From: Verrucomicrobiota bacterium
GTDB lineage: Bacteria > Verrucomicrobiota > Verrucomicrobiia > Limisphaerales > Palsa-1400
Assembly: GCA_049510745.1 (NCBI GenBank)
Contig: JBEKYR010000009.1
Span: 64,001 to 128,000, forward strand
Reading direction: 5' to 3'
DNA: 64,000 bases
Shown: positions 39,401-48,990 of the stretch, one piece after another
How positions within the stretch are numbered: the stretch's first letter is position 1
Layout: every line of letters begins with the position of its first letter
Notes under the pieces: model-generated
What the model was told of the DNA's origin: nothing
Seen by the model: the letters and a program-made list of their open reading frames with translations, nothing else
Database searches by the model: none
Made by a program: the position numbers and the translations under genes

Positions 39401-39993
39401 TGAATCGGCGGTTCGAGCAACTTCAACGTCGCCGCGTTGGCCGTGGCGTCCGCCACAAGCTGGATGGCGTAGGGAGCCGCTTCCGCCGGGCGCGCGGCGA
39501 AGTTGCTCTTATAGTCGTCCAGGAAAGGGCCGTCCCACTGGATGGGCGCGACGGCGGCGGAAAGCGATTGGACTTGGGCGATGGCCCGGGCGTCGCCATA
39601 GACAAGATAGGCGTTGTGCGGAATGTAACTGACGATTTGCAGGCGCGCGTCGAGCAGGGCCTGGCGCCAGGCGGGCTGCACCGGCCCCGCGAAATGCACC
39701 AGGCGCAGGCGTTTGCCGGGGAACGAGCCGGCGGCCCGGCCGAGCGACTGGACTTGCGGCTGGGAAGTGTCGAGGCGCCCGGCATTGAGGAGGATGGAAT
39801 TGTAAATGTCCCGCACCACAAGGCCGTTGGTTCGCGGTGTTTCAAAGAGTTGATAGCCCCCGTAGTCCGCAATCAATCGTCCGCCCTGCGCCGCGAGGGC
39901 GCGCGCCACAGCGGGATCGTTGACCTGGACTTTGTGAGCCAGAGCCGGCAAAGCCAGCAGAGCCAGAGCCAGGGAGAGGCGCGCTCGCTTCAT
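36490..39993 (-). CDS. secreted S8 subtilisin-like serine peptidase
   Basis: triad VTDSGID, DGHGT, SGTSHS; FAAGN; signal peptide; C-terminal W..L...YYRV domain. Confidence 0.92.
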   Translation of the reverse strand: MKRARLSLALALLALPALAHKVQVNDPAVARALAAQGGRLIADYGGYQLFETPRTNGLVVRDIYNSILLNAGRLDTSQPQVQSLGRAAGSFPGKRLRLVHFAGPVQPAWRQALLDARLQIVSYIPHNAYLVYGDARAIAQVQSLSAAVAPIQWDGPFLDDYKSNFAARPAEAAPYAIQLVADATANAATLKLLEPPIQQRRVLQYLNVIARLKPADVKALAARPDVISIRPFLAPKKLCERQDQIVAGNLSGNVPSGPGYLAWLAGKGFTQEQFTASAFVVDVTDSGIDDGTTTPNHFGLYSEGETNAASRVVYSRLEGTPNAGSTLKGCDGHGTLNAHIIGGYDNASGYPFADNAGYHYGLGVCPFVQLGSSVIFDPDYPTGNLSFSQLQDQAYQDGARVSNNSWGYGNANGDYGIASQEFDALVRDAQPAGSPYPATGNQEMVIVFAAGNSGPGAQTPDEPATAKNVIAVGGADNVQPFGGYDECNIGDNQAGSANEILDISSRGPCADGRHKPDLVAPSTHVSGGVVQAGDPGSFGTADSCYNGDSVCGGVGSTYYPPGQQFYTASSGTSHSTACVAGGCALLRQYFLNQSFLPPSPAMTKAWLMNSARYLTGVTANDTLWSDAQGMGELDLGAAFDGVPRIVRDQLGVDTFTESGQTRAFSGSVADTNLPFRVTVAWTDAPGSTIGAAYNNDLDLTVSIGGQTYLGNVFSNAWSAAGGAPDPANNVESVFLPPGAAGNFTVTVAATSLNSIGVPNGSNGLAQDFALVIDNAAGAGPPVIVPAGAVVAAENCLPANGLIDPGETVTVRFALQNLGTVNTTNLAATLLSGGGVLSPGGPVACGVLPAGGAPVEAAFSFTAGGECGGTLTATLQLQDGPASLGSVNFTFPLGQFVPLIDLTQNFDAVTPPALPSGWTTAVTGGQIPWVTTNNSADSPPNSAFATAVTNAGIAELLSPSIPIATAAAQVVFRHSINLEINPYDMAEAFDGGVLEIQIGTNAFSDLLAAGGVFLTNGYAQTIASDTGNPLAGRAAWSGDSGGFITTVASLPAAAAGQNIQLKWRCATDIGNAYGSVGWWVDTIAVNDGGSNVCCNGPWAPTLANPLLLGGNFTFSFQTVSNQTYTVEYNNALTNAMWTPLQSFTGDGSVRVVTNGVASLQGYYRVASP

Positions 39994-42545
39994 GCGAACA
40001 AATCCATCTGCGGCGGCGGGCCGAGCTTTTTCAATTTTTCCGCTTCGGCGTGGCGGGGATGACGGCGCACCTTGCCTTCGGGCGTCAATTCGGATTCTTC
40101 CAGATTGGCCAGGATTTCCTTGGCGCGGTCGATGACGCCCTTGGGGACGCCGGCCAGGCGGGCGACCTGGATGCCGTAACTCTTGTCGGTCGCGCCCGCC
40201 GTGATTTTGCGCAGGAAGACGATCTGGTCGTTCCATTCGCGGACGGCGACGTTGAAGTTTTGCACCCGCGGGAGGCGGGCGGCCAGTTCGGTCAACTCGT
40301 GATAGTGGGTGGCGAAGAGGGTTTTGGCGCCGACGGCATTGTGCAAATGCTCGACAACGGACCAGGCCAGGCTCAACCCGTCGAAGGTGCTGGTGCCGCG
40401 CCCAATTTCGTCAAGAATAACAAGGCCGCGGGCGGTGGCGTTGTTGAGGATGTCGGCCGTTTCGCTCATTTCCACCATGAAGGTGGATTGGCCGCGGGCC
40501 AGGTCGTCGCTCGCGCCGATGCGGGTGAAAATCCGGTCGATCAACCCGATCCGCGCCGCCGTGGCCGGCACGAAGCAACCGGCGTGGGCCAGCAAAACAA
40601 TGAGCGCGACCTGCCGGATGTAGGTGCTTTTGCCCGCCATGTTCGGGCCGGTAATGAGCATCATTTGCTGCCGGGCGTGATCCAGAAAGGCGTCGTTGGG
40701 GACAAACCGTTCCCCGGCCAGGGTTTGCTCGAGCACCGGATGGCGTCCGTCGCGAATGTCGATCGTGCCGTCCGCCGCGATTTCCGGCTGGCAATAATTG
40801 TAGAGGCGCGCCGTCTCGGCGAACGCGGCCAGCACGTCCAGCGGCGCCAGCGCCGCGGCGCTTTGCTGCAAACGCGGCAACTGCTCCAGCACCTGTTCGC
40901 GCACCCGCTGGAACAACTCGTACTCCAGCCGCACGCTCCGCTCCTCCGCCCCGAGGATTTTCGCCTCCTTCTCCTTCAACTCCGGCGTGATGAACCGTTC
41001 GCCCCCGGCGATGGTCTGCTTGCGCACGTAATGGGCGGGGACCCTGTCGAGATTGGACTTCGTCACCTCGATGTAATAGCCGAAAACGGAATTGAACCGC
41101 ACTTTCAACGACGCGATGCCGGTGCGGGCGATCTCGTCGCGTTGCAGTTGGGCGATCCAATCTTTCCCGTCGCGCGTGGCGTGCCGCAATTCGTCCAGGC
41201 TGGGATCGAACCCGTCGCGAATCAGCCCGCCTTCCTTGACCGCCAGCGGCGGCTCCTCGACGATGGCGCGGGCGATCAATTCGACCAGGTCCGGGGCTTC
41301 GGCCAGTTGTCCGGCCAATTCGTCGATCAAATCGGGGCGGCGCGGCGCCTCCTCCTGGAGAGTGGGCAACTGCGGCGGGGACCCCGGCGGTTGCAGGCGG
41401 GCGAGAAGCTGCTTGAGGGCGGGAATTTTTTCCAAACCCCGCCGCAGCGCCAGCAGGTCGCGCCCATTGCCCGAACCGGCAGTCAGCCGGCCCAGGGTGC
41501 GTTCCAGGTCGCGCACCTCGGCCAGTTCGCGCCGGAACTCGTCCAGCAGCGCGGTGTTGTCCAGCCAGAGCCGGACGGCGTCGAGCCGGCGCAAAATGGG
41601 CGCGGCGGTGGCCAGGGGCTGGCTGAGCCAGTCGCGCAAGCGGCGCGCGCCCATGGGAGTGACGGTGCGGTTGAGCGCGCCGTAAAGGCAGGCCTGGCGC
41701 GGCGCGTCGGCGGGGCGCGGTTCGAGGATTTCGAGATTCCGCAGCGAGGTGGAATCCAGCGTCATGAAATCGGTGCATTGATGGAAGGAAAGGCGGGTCA
41801 GGGCCGAAACATCGCGCCGCAAATGTTGCGTCAAGTAATGAATCACCGCCCCCGTCGCGCCCACGGCCGCCGGGCGGTCCTTCAGCCCGAAACCGTCGAG
41901 CGAGGCGACCTTGAAATGCTCGCGCACGGTGAACTGGGCGGTTTCGGGCGCAAAGACCCAGTCCTCGTACGGGTTCAACACGGCGGAATGGCCGCGGGCG
42001 ATGGCGGCGAGATTTTCGGCGGCGGCGGGAAAAATGATTTCCGCCGGGCGCAGCCGTTCCAATTCGGCGCGCAAGGCGGGTTCGCCTTCGACCTGGGTGG
42101 CGGTGAAATCGCCGGTGGTCAGGTCCGCGGCGGCCAGCCCGAAGACTTTGCCGCAGGCGCAGAGGGCGGCCAGGAAATTATTCCGTTCCGGGGCCAGGAG
42201 CCGCTCGTCGAAGTGCGCGCCCGGGCTGAGAATCTGGGTGACCTCGCGCTTGACCAATTGGCCGGGCCGCGCCTCCTCCAACTGGTCGCAAATGGCGACC
42301 TTGCGGCCCGCCTTCAGCAGCCGGGCGATGTAGCCGGGGGCGGCGTGAAAAGGGATGCCGCACATGGGAACGTCGCCGCGCCGGGTCAGGGCGACATTGA
42401 GCAAGGGCGCGCCGACCTTGGCGTCGTCGAAAAACATTTCATAAAAATCCCCCAGGCGGAACAGCAAGAGGGCTTCCCGCGGCAGTTCGCCCTTGATGCG
42501 GCGATACTGCGCCATCATCGGCGTCAACTGTGTATCCTGGCCCAA
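39990..42545 (-). CDS. mutS: DNA mismatch repair protein MutS
   Basis: GDFYEMF, GPNMAGKST, DEIGRGTST, C-terminal QMDLF clamp motif. Confidence 0.97.
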   Translation of the reverse strand: MGQDTQLTPMMAQYRRIKGELPREALLLFRLGDFYEMFFDDAKVGAPLLNVALTRRGDVPMCGIPFHAAPGYIARLLKAGRKVAICDQLEEARPGQLVKREVTQILSPGAHFDERLLAPERNNFLAALCACGKVFGLAAADLTTGDFTATQVEGEPALRAELERLRPAEIIFPAAAENLAAIARGHSAVLNPYEDWVFAPETAQFTVREHFKVASLDGFGLKDRPAAVGATGAVIHYLTQHLRRDVSALTRLSFHQCTDFMTLDSTSLRNLEILEPRPADAPRQACLYGALNRTVTPMGARRLRDWLSQPLATAAPILRRLDAVRLWLDNTALLDEFRRELAEVRDLERTLGRLTAGSGNGRDLLALRRGLEKIPALKQLLARLQPPGSPPQLPTLQEEAPRRPDLIDELAGQLAEAPDLVELIARAIVEEPPLAVKEGGLIRDGFDPSLDELRHATRDGKDWIAQLQRDEIARTGIASLKVRFNSVFGYYIEVTKSNLDRVPAHYVRKQTIAGGERFITPELKEKEAKILGAEERSVRLEYELFQRVREQVLEQLPRLQQSAAALAPLDVLAAFAETARLYNYCQPEIAADGTIDIRDGRHPVLEQTLAGERFVPNDAFLDHARQQMMLITGPNMAGKSTYIRQVALIVLLAHAGCFVPATAARIGLIDRIFTRIGASDDLARGQSTFMVEMSETADILNNATARGLVILDEIGRGTSTFDGLSLAWSVVEHLHNAVGAKTLFATHYHELTELAARLPRVQNFNVAVREWNDQIVFLRKITAGATDKSYGIQVARLAGVPKGVIDRAKEILANLEESELTPEGKVRRHPRHAEAEKLKKLGPPPQMDLFA

Positions 42546-42702
42546 GCGCGCCCAGTCTAAATATGCCCGGCGCGAGTGTCGAAAGAAAAGGGCGCGCGAT
42601 TGAGGCGGTCGGTCAATCCCTCGGCAGGGTCTTTTCCTAATCGAATCGAATCCGACCGGGAGACCGGCCGTTGGCGCCCAAAATCGGTCAGCACTGGTAC
42701 CG

Positions 42703-43455
42703 CTAACGGGGCGCTTGCAGTTCGTAATTGATGATTGACAGGGCGTAAACCGCCGCCGTTTCGCTGCGCAGGACCAGCGGGCCGAGTGTCATGGGCAACG
42801 CGCCGGCGTTTTTGATCGCGTCCATCTCCAAGGGCGCAAAATCGCCCTCCGGACCAATCCAAACGCAGACGCTGGCCGGGCGGCTTTGCCGCGCGCGCTC
42901 GAAAGCCGCGAAGTATTCGCGGGCGTGCCGGCGGTCTTCCTCCAGCGAACCGACCAGGGCCAAATCGAATCGTTCGCCGCGGGCCAGCCAGGCCGGCAAC
43001 GTGACCGGCGCTTCGACCCGCGGCAGCCAGCGCTGGCCGCATTGTTTGATGGCTTCCACGGCGGTCTGCTGCCATTTCTCCCGCTTGTGTTCCGCCGCCT
43101 CGCCTTCCAAGCGGGTGGCGACCCGCTCGGACAGCAGCGGCACCACACGCCACACTCCCAGTTCGGTCGCCTTTTGCACGATGGCGTCGAAAATATGGCC
43201 CTTGGGGATGGCTTGCACCAGGGTGATGCGGCACGCCGGGGCGGGTTCGCGAACAAAATTTTCCACCTCGAGAGAAATTTTTTTCCGTTCGACGGCGCCA
43301 ACCCGGCAGATGAATTCGCCGCCGACGCCGTCCAGCACCGTCACGCGTTCACCGGGTCTGAGCCGCAAGACATCCGCCGCGTGATGCGCTTCGCCGCCGG
43401 TCAAGGCCAGGCGGTCGGACTGGCATTGTTCCGGCGGCAGATGGAAACGGCGCAT
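42703..43455 (-). CDS. rsmE: 16S rRNA m3U1498 methyltransferase
   Basis: KATELGV, IGPEGDF, LGPLVLRSETA. Confidence 0.95.
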   Translation of the reverse strand: MRRFHLPPEQCQSDRLALTGGEAHHAADVLRLRPGERVTVLDGVGGEFICRVGAVERKKISLEVENFVREPAPACRITLVQAIPKGHIFDAIVQKATELGVWRVVPLLSERVATRLEGEAAEHKREKWQQTAVEAIKQCGQRWLPRVEAPVTLPAWLARGERFDLALVGSLEEDRRHAREYFAAFERARQSRPASVCVWIGPEGDFAPLEMDAIKNAGALPMTLGPLVLRSETAAVYALSIINYELQAPR

Positions 43456-43463
43456 GAGGCGAG

Positions 43464-44582
43464 TCAACTAAACAGGCTTTTGGCCCTTTCGATGAAACTC
43501 TGGCGCATGGGGTGGACGGTCTCGTCGCAGAGTTTGGCAAACTCATCCAGCTTGGCGCGCTGGGCGGCGTTCAAATGGGCCGGCACCTCGATCTGCACCC
43601 GCGCCAGCAAATCCCCCGTGCCGTAGCCCTGGACATTCCTGATGCCTTTGCCTTTGAGCCGAAAGACGGTGCCGGGCTGGGTGCCGGGTGGCACCTTGAT
43701 GTCCGCGCTGTCCCTCAAGGTCGGCACCGAGATGACCGCGCCCAAAGCCGCCTGGGCAAAACTGATCGGCACCTCGCACAGCAAATCGTCGCCCTCGCGC
43801 TGGAAAATTTCATGACGCTTGACATGCAATACGACGTATAAATCGCCGGGCGGACCCCCGCGAACGCCCGCCTCCCCGTTTCCTGTCGAGCGCAGGCGCG
43901 AGCCGCCATCGACCCCGGCGGGGACCTTGATTTTGATTTTCGACGCCCGCTCGCGGCGTCCGGCTCCGCCGCAAGCCCGGCACGGTCTATCGACCACCCG
44001 CCCGCGTCCTTCGCAACGCGGGCAGGTCTGGGCAATGCTGAAGATGCCGCGCGAACTGATGACCTGGCCGCGTCCGCCGCAGGTGGAACAGACTTTGGTG
44101 ATGGCGCCCGGCTCGGCCCCGCTGCCCCGGCAAGAGTCGCACTCGCCCAGTTTCGTCAGTGCGATTTCCTTTTCGCAGCCTTGCGCCGCTTCCAGGAACG
44201 TCAATTCCATGTCGTAGCGCAAGTCGTCCCCGCGCTCGGCGCCGCCCGGCCGCCGTTCCCCGCCGCCAAAGAGGTCGTCGAAGATGCTCGAATTGCCAAA
44301 GACTTCCCGGAAGATGTCCGCCGGATCGTGGAACCCGCCGCGGGCGCGGGCGCGCGAGTCAAAGGCGGCATGACCGTATTGATCGTAAGCGGCGCGGGTT
44401 TGGGGATCGCTTAGAATTTCGTAGGCGTGGCCCAACTCCTTGAATTTTTCCTCCGCCACCTTGTCGTTGGGGTTGCGGTCGGGATGATACTTGAGCGCCA
44501 GTTTGCGATAGGCCTTCTTGATCTCCTCCACGTCCGCGCCGCGGTCCACCCCCAGGACTTCGTAACAATCTCGTTTTGACAT
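43464..44582 (-). CDS. dnaJ: chaperone DnaJ
   Basis: HPD motif; four CxxCxGxG repeats. Confidence 0.97.
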   Translation of the reverse strand: MSKRDCYEVLGVDRGADVEEIKKAYRKLALKYHPDRNPNDKVAEEKFKELGHAYEILSDPQTRAAYDQYGHAAFDSRARARGGFHDPADIFREVFGNSSIFDDLFGGGERRPGGAERGDDLRYDMELTFLEAAQGCEKEIALTKLGECDSCRGSGAEPGAITKVCSTCGGRGQVISSRGIFSIAQTCPRCEGRGRVVDRPCRACGGAGRRERASKIKIKVPAGVDGGSRLRSTGNGEAGVRGGPPGDLYVVLHVKRHEIFQREGDDLLCEVPISFAQAALGAVISVPTLRDSADIKVPPGTQPGTVFRLKGKGIRNVQGYGTGDLLARVQIEVPAHLNAAQRAKLDEFAKLCDETVHPMRQSFIERAKSLFS

Positions 44583-44588
44583 ACGCGG

Positions 44589-45155
44589 TTAAGCGGCCGG
44601 CTTTTTGGCCACGATCACCCCCGCCGGACGGAGCAGCCGGTGGCGGAAACGGTATCCCTTGCGCACCTGCCGCACCACCTGCCCCTCGGGCGCCTCCCCG
44701 GTTTCGACTTGCGAGACCGCCTCATGCACGTTGGGATCAAACCGCTTGCCCGCCGCTTCGATTTCCTCCAGGCCCGCTTCGGCCAGGGCGGATTTGAGCT
44801 GCTGCGAAATCAGGGCAATGCCGGCCTGCAACGAGGCGGCCGCCGGCGGCTCCGTGGCGGCGGCGGCCAGGGCCATTTCAAAGGCGTCCAGCACCGGGAG
44901 CAGTTTAACCAGCAAATTCTCATTGGCGAAAGCGATCCCCTCCTGCCGCTCGCGCGCGGCGCGCTTTTTGTAATTCTCCAAATCGGCCGTCTGGCGCAAC
45001 AGCCGGTCCCAATACTCATCGGCCTTCGCCGCCCGTTCCCTGAGTTGCTCGATCTGCCCCGGCGTCGGCGTCACCAGCGCCGGCAATTGTTCCGCGGCCG
45101 CCGCCGCTCCGGCCTCGCCGGCGTCTTTTTCCTTCTTCTTTTCTTTATGATCCAT
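44589..45155 (-). CDS. grpE: nucleotide exchange factor GrpE
   Basis: ADLENYKKR, FDPNVHEAV, GY....RLLRPA. Confidence 0.95.
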   Translation of the reverse strand: MDHKEKKKEKDAGEAGAAAAAEQLPALVTPTPGQIEQLRERAAKADEYWDRLLRQTADLENYKKRAARERQEGIAFANENLLVKLLPVLDAFEMALAAAATEPPAAASLQAGIALISQQLKSALAEAGLEEIEAAGKRFDPNVHEAVSQVETGEAPEGQVVRQVRKGYRFRHRLLRPAGVIVAKKPAA

Positions 45156-45196
45156 CCTAGAGCAATAAAGCATCTCCGCCTTCGTTTCAACCCTCC

Positions 45197-45979
45197 TTAC
45201 AGCGAGAAGGTGGGACAGGGCACATCCTGGAAGGTGGAAAAAATGCCCACGTGCGCTCCGCCGGCCCGCTCCAGGCGGCTCGCCACGACTTGCCGGGCCA
45301 GTTCCGGGTTGTTGCAATCCCGGCTCAGGTGCCCCAGATAAAGCTGCCGCAAGCCGGGCGAAAGGATTTGCTCGGCCACGTCGGCCGCCCCGTCATTGGA
45401 GAGGTGCCCGTGGCGGCTCAAAATCCGCTGCTTGAGACTCCACGGACGCCGGGGGTCATCCTTCAACATTTTCAAATCGTGGTTAGCCTCCAGCAAAACC
45501 ACGTTGGCGATCCGGAGCCGTTCCACCACCAGCTTGGTCACATGCCCAAGATCGGTCAGAAATCCGATGTTGCCCGCCGCTGTCCGCACCAGAAAACCGA
45601 CCGGATCGCAGGCGTCGTGCGGCACCGGAAAAGTGTCCACGGTCACGTCGCCGATGGCAAAAGAGCCGCCGGTGCAGAAGAGGCGGGCGTCGATCCGGAT
45701 TTGCAACTGCGCTTCGATGGCTTCCCTGGTCAGCCGGTTGCAATAGACGGGCAGCTCCAGCTTCGCGGCCAATCCGACCAACCCGGAGACATGGTCGGAG
45801 TGTTCGTGCGTGATGAGGATGCCCTGGAGGGTTTCCGGCGCCCGCCCGATCGTGGCCAGACGCTGCCGGATTTGCCGCCCGGTAAAACCGGCATCAATCA
45901 AAAGGCGGGTTTCGCCCGTCTCCAAATACGCGCAATTGCCCCCCGACCCGCTCCCCAGAATGGTTAAATGCACTGGCAC
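45197..45979 (-). CDS. MBL-fold metallo-hydrolase (YycJ/WalJ-like)
   Basis: GSGSGGN, THEHSDH, GHLSN, HLSRDCN. Confidence 0.9.
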   Translation of the reverse strand: MPVHLTILGSGSGGNCAYLETGETRLLIDAGFTGRQIRQRLATIGRAPETLQGILITHEHSDHVSGLVGLAAKLELPVYCNRLTREAIEAQLQIRIDARLFCTGGSFAIGDVTVDTFPVPHDACDPVGFLVRTAAGNIGFLTDLGHVTKLVVERLRIANVVLLEANHDLKMLKDDPRRPWSLKQRILSRHGHLSNDGAADVAEQILSPGLRQLYLGHLSRDCNNPELARQVVASRLERAGGAHVGIFSTFQDVPCPTFSL

Positions 45980-46076
45980 GGCTCGACCTTAAGAGCGCGG
46001 TTTGCGGCCAGCAATCTTTTTCTGAAAATTCCACTTCGCGCTTGAGAAAAGTGGATTTCGCGCTAAAATGCCGCCG

Positions 46077-47582
46077 ATGTCACAGGGCTTGCATTTATCG
46101 CAAAAGATGTCGCTCTCGCAGGTGCTGGCGCCGCAATTGCAGCAGTCGCTGGCCCTGCTCCAAGCGCCCACTCTGGAGTTGAAGGCTCTGGTCGAACAGG
46201 AATTGCAGCAGAATCCTATTCTTGAGGAAGTCCCCGCCGCCGAAGTCGAACTCAACGAGCGCGTCAAGGAGGACGGCGTCCGTGACAGCGCCGCCGACGC
46301 CGCCGACCTGGCCGAACCGCCGCCGGACGTGAAGTTCGATCCCGCGACCGAGAAACCGAGCAACGCCCCGGTGGACGATTTCCAGGCCGAGTTCGAGCGC
46401 CTGACCCAGGTGGACCAGGAATGGCGCGATCATTTCGCCCAAACCAACCTCCCCGTCCGCCAAAGCCAGGAAGCCGAGGAACGCCGCCAGTTCATGTTCG
46501 ATTCCCTCGTCGCCGGCACTTCCCTGCAAGAGAGCCTCCTGGAACAAATGCGCTTCTCCGACCTCACCCCGGAGCAGAAGTCCATCGCCGAGATGATCAT
46601 CGGCAACATCGACGACGTCGGCTACCTCAAGGCCAGCGTCGATGAACTCTCCTTTGCCACCGGCACCCCAACCGACAAAATCATCGCCGTCCTCAAGGTC
46701 ATTCAAGGCTTTCATCCCCCGGGCGTCGCCGCCCGCGACCTGCGCGAATGCCTCCTGCTCCAATTGGAGCGCGCCGGACACGAAAAATCCCTCGAATACC
46801 GCATCATCCGCGATTTCATGGACGCCTTGGGCAAACGCAAGCTCCCCGAAATCGCCCGCGGCCTGGCCGTTTCCGTCGAACAAGTCCAGGCCGCCTTCGA
46901 GCGCATCAAGTGCCTGGAGTTCCATCCCGGCCGCGAGTACCTGCCCGACAACGACCGCTACATATTGCCCGAGGTCTTCGTCCAGAAGGTCGGCGACGAC
47001 TACGTCGTCACCACCAACAACGAACAAATTCCCCACCTGCGCATCAGCAACCAATACAAGGATTTGATGTCCCAGCCCGACGCCTCGGCCGAGGTGCGCG
47101 ATTACATCCGCGACAAGATTCGCGCCGGGAAATTCCTCATCAAGAGCTTGCAACAGCGGCAGCAGACCATTTTGAACATTGGCAACGAGATCGTCAAACG
47201 CCAGAAGGAGTTCATGCAGAAAGGCCGCGCCTTCCTCAAGCCCATGACCATGGTCCAGGTCGCCGAAGTGGTGGGCGTCCACGAAACCACCGTCAGCCGC
47301 GCCGTCTCCAACAAATATATCGACACCCCCCAGGGCCTCTTCGAGATGAAATACTTTTTCACCTCCGGCATACAAACCGACGCCGGCAGCGACGTATCCA
47401 ACACCAGCGTCAAGGACATGGTTTCGGAGATGTTCAAGGGCGAGAACCCGGCCAAGCCGCTATCCGACCAGGAAATCGTCAAAATGCTCAAGGAAAAAGG
47501 GATCGTCATCGCCCGCCGCACCGTGGCCAAGTATCGCGCCGAGTTGAACATCCTCCCCTCGAACCTGCGCAAGGTCTATTGA
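46077..47582 (+). CDS. rpoN: RNA polymerase sigma-54 factor
   Basis: Gln/Leu-rich N-terminus, HETTVSRA, RpoN box ARRTVAKYR. Confidence 0.97.
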   Translation: MSQGLHLSQKMSLSQVLAPQLQQSLALLQAPTLELKALVEQELQQNPILEEVPAAEVELNERVKEDGVRDSAADAADLAEPPPDVKFDPATEKPSNAPVDDFQAEFERLTQVDQEWRDHFAQTNLPVRQSQEAEERRQFMFDSLVAGTSLQESLLEQMRFSDLTPEQKSIAEMIIGNIDDVGYLKASVDELSFATGTPTDKIIAVLKVIQGFHPPGVAARDLRECLLLQLERAGHEKSLEYRIIRDFMDALGKRKLPEIARGLAVSVEQVQAAFERIKCLEFHPGREYLPDNDRYILPEVFVQKVGDDYVVTTNNEQIPHLRISNQYKDLMSQPDASAEVRDYIRDKIRAGKFLIKSLQQRQQTILNIGNEIVKRQKEFMQKGRAFLKPMTMVQVAEVVGVHETTVSRAVSNKYIDTPQGLFEMKYFFTSGIQTDAGSDVSNTSVKDMVSEMFKGENPAKPLSDQEIVKMLKEKGIVIARRTVAKYRAELNILPSNLRKVY

Positions 47583-47649
47583 GCAAAACGCTTTCCGGCT
47601 TCGGCCATTGTGTTTTATCGTGCGATGCGAGACCCGAGTAAATCCCGTT

Positions 47650-47949
47650 TTCCGGGCTTGACCCTTTAGGAACCCCTTTACGCCGTCAAATCAATTGTTG
47701 AATGTATGAAGTTGACCCCAATGCTCGCCCCAATGCTCGTGAAGGAGACAGGCCATCAGCACCCACACCTGCAAACCGCCATCAATAACTACGGCGGCTT
47801 GCTTTTGGCGATGGGCAAAAGCCCGGTGGAGGTCCAGGCGCAACTCAACGCCATCGGAAAACCCTTCGGTATTCAGTTCGGCTCAAACGCTTGAATCATT
47901 GCCGTTGACAACCACCAATTTGACTTCTTGAAAGGGGTCAAGCCCGGAA
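47650..47949. repeat. 15-bp perfect inverted repeats enclosing a gene fragment
   Basis: TTCCGGGCTTGACCC (47650-47664) and GGGTCAAGCCCGGAA (47935-47949). Confidence 0.8.
47706..47894 (+). pseudogene. C-terminal fragment resembling the tail of TPR proteins
   Basis: TGHQHPHLQTAINNYGGLLLAMG resembles a terminal GxxHP TPR unit. Confidence 0.55.
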
Positions 47950-48181
47950 TTCGGAACGGCATTCATAATTGCGACATGGCGGCTCGGTCGTCCGCCCGCC
48001 CTATCTGCCTTTCAATCTCGCCAGACCAGGATCAGCGGCTGGTTTAACCCGCCGGATCGTCTGCAATATACGAAACCGGCTTCTTTTTTTTGCACTGCCA
48101 TCCTGGAAAGTTTTGTTTTCCTGACAAGATTTTTTTGCCGCAAAAGAACACAGCGCGGCCAGCCGCAACCAAAAAAGGACG

Positions 48182-48277
48182 GACAGCATTAACAGGATTA
48201 ACAGGATTAACAGGATTAAGAATGGATTCAGAAAAAAGAATTCCCCCCTTCATCCTGTCCATCCTGTTCATCCTGTC
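48182..48277. repeat. inverted 9-mer arrays
   Basis: ACAGGATTA x3 plus one variant (48183-48218) facing CATCCTGTY x3 (48251-48277). Confidence 0.92.
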
Positions 48278-48990
48278 AAAACTCTTTTTCCGCGATCTTC
48301 TGATGGATTGCAGTCCAAAGGGCCGCCTTCTTGAGCTTTCGTGTTCCTTGTGCCCTTTTGTGGCAATCACTCCCGGTCCAAAAATTATTAACAAAAACAC
48401 TTGCAATCGCTCAAAACTGTGTCATATTTCCAGCCGTGCGGACACGCGCTGTTTGACATAACGCGGAGTCGCCGGGGAGTCGCCTGCCCGTCCGCCGCGG
48501 GACCAGACTCCGCGCGGCCTTAACCGGCCGCAGGCGCCCCAGCCAGTCAGGAACCTGCGTCACCCGCAGGCCAACGCGCCTTTGCGCGGCTATCCCGAAA
48601 GGGTTTGCCGCGTTGAGAGGATTTTTGCCGCAAACAAACATAAAGCGCACATAGTCAGTAATTTATATTCTTTTCTTTGTGATCTTTGTGTTCTCTGCGG
48701 TTAAATCCTCTTCGGTTTCGCTTGAAGCCAAAACGGAGCAAGACGGACTAAAACGGAGCAAAACGGAGTACTTTTTTATTTTGGGTGCGTCAAGTTTGTG
48801 GCGGGAGATTTCATGACAGATCCGCTGCCGCCTGGCGCGGACTTGGCGTGGGTCAGTGCGATTGTTCACCAGAATTCCCGGATTTAGGCGTTTCATTGTA
48901 AAGTGGGGTTGCATGACCGAAAGACCGTTTTGGAACGAACGGCTGGAGTTTGCGGCTCGCGCTGGGATGGTTCTCCATTAGAATCGTGGG

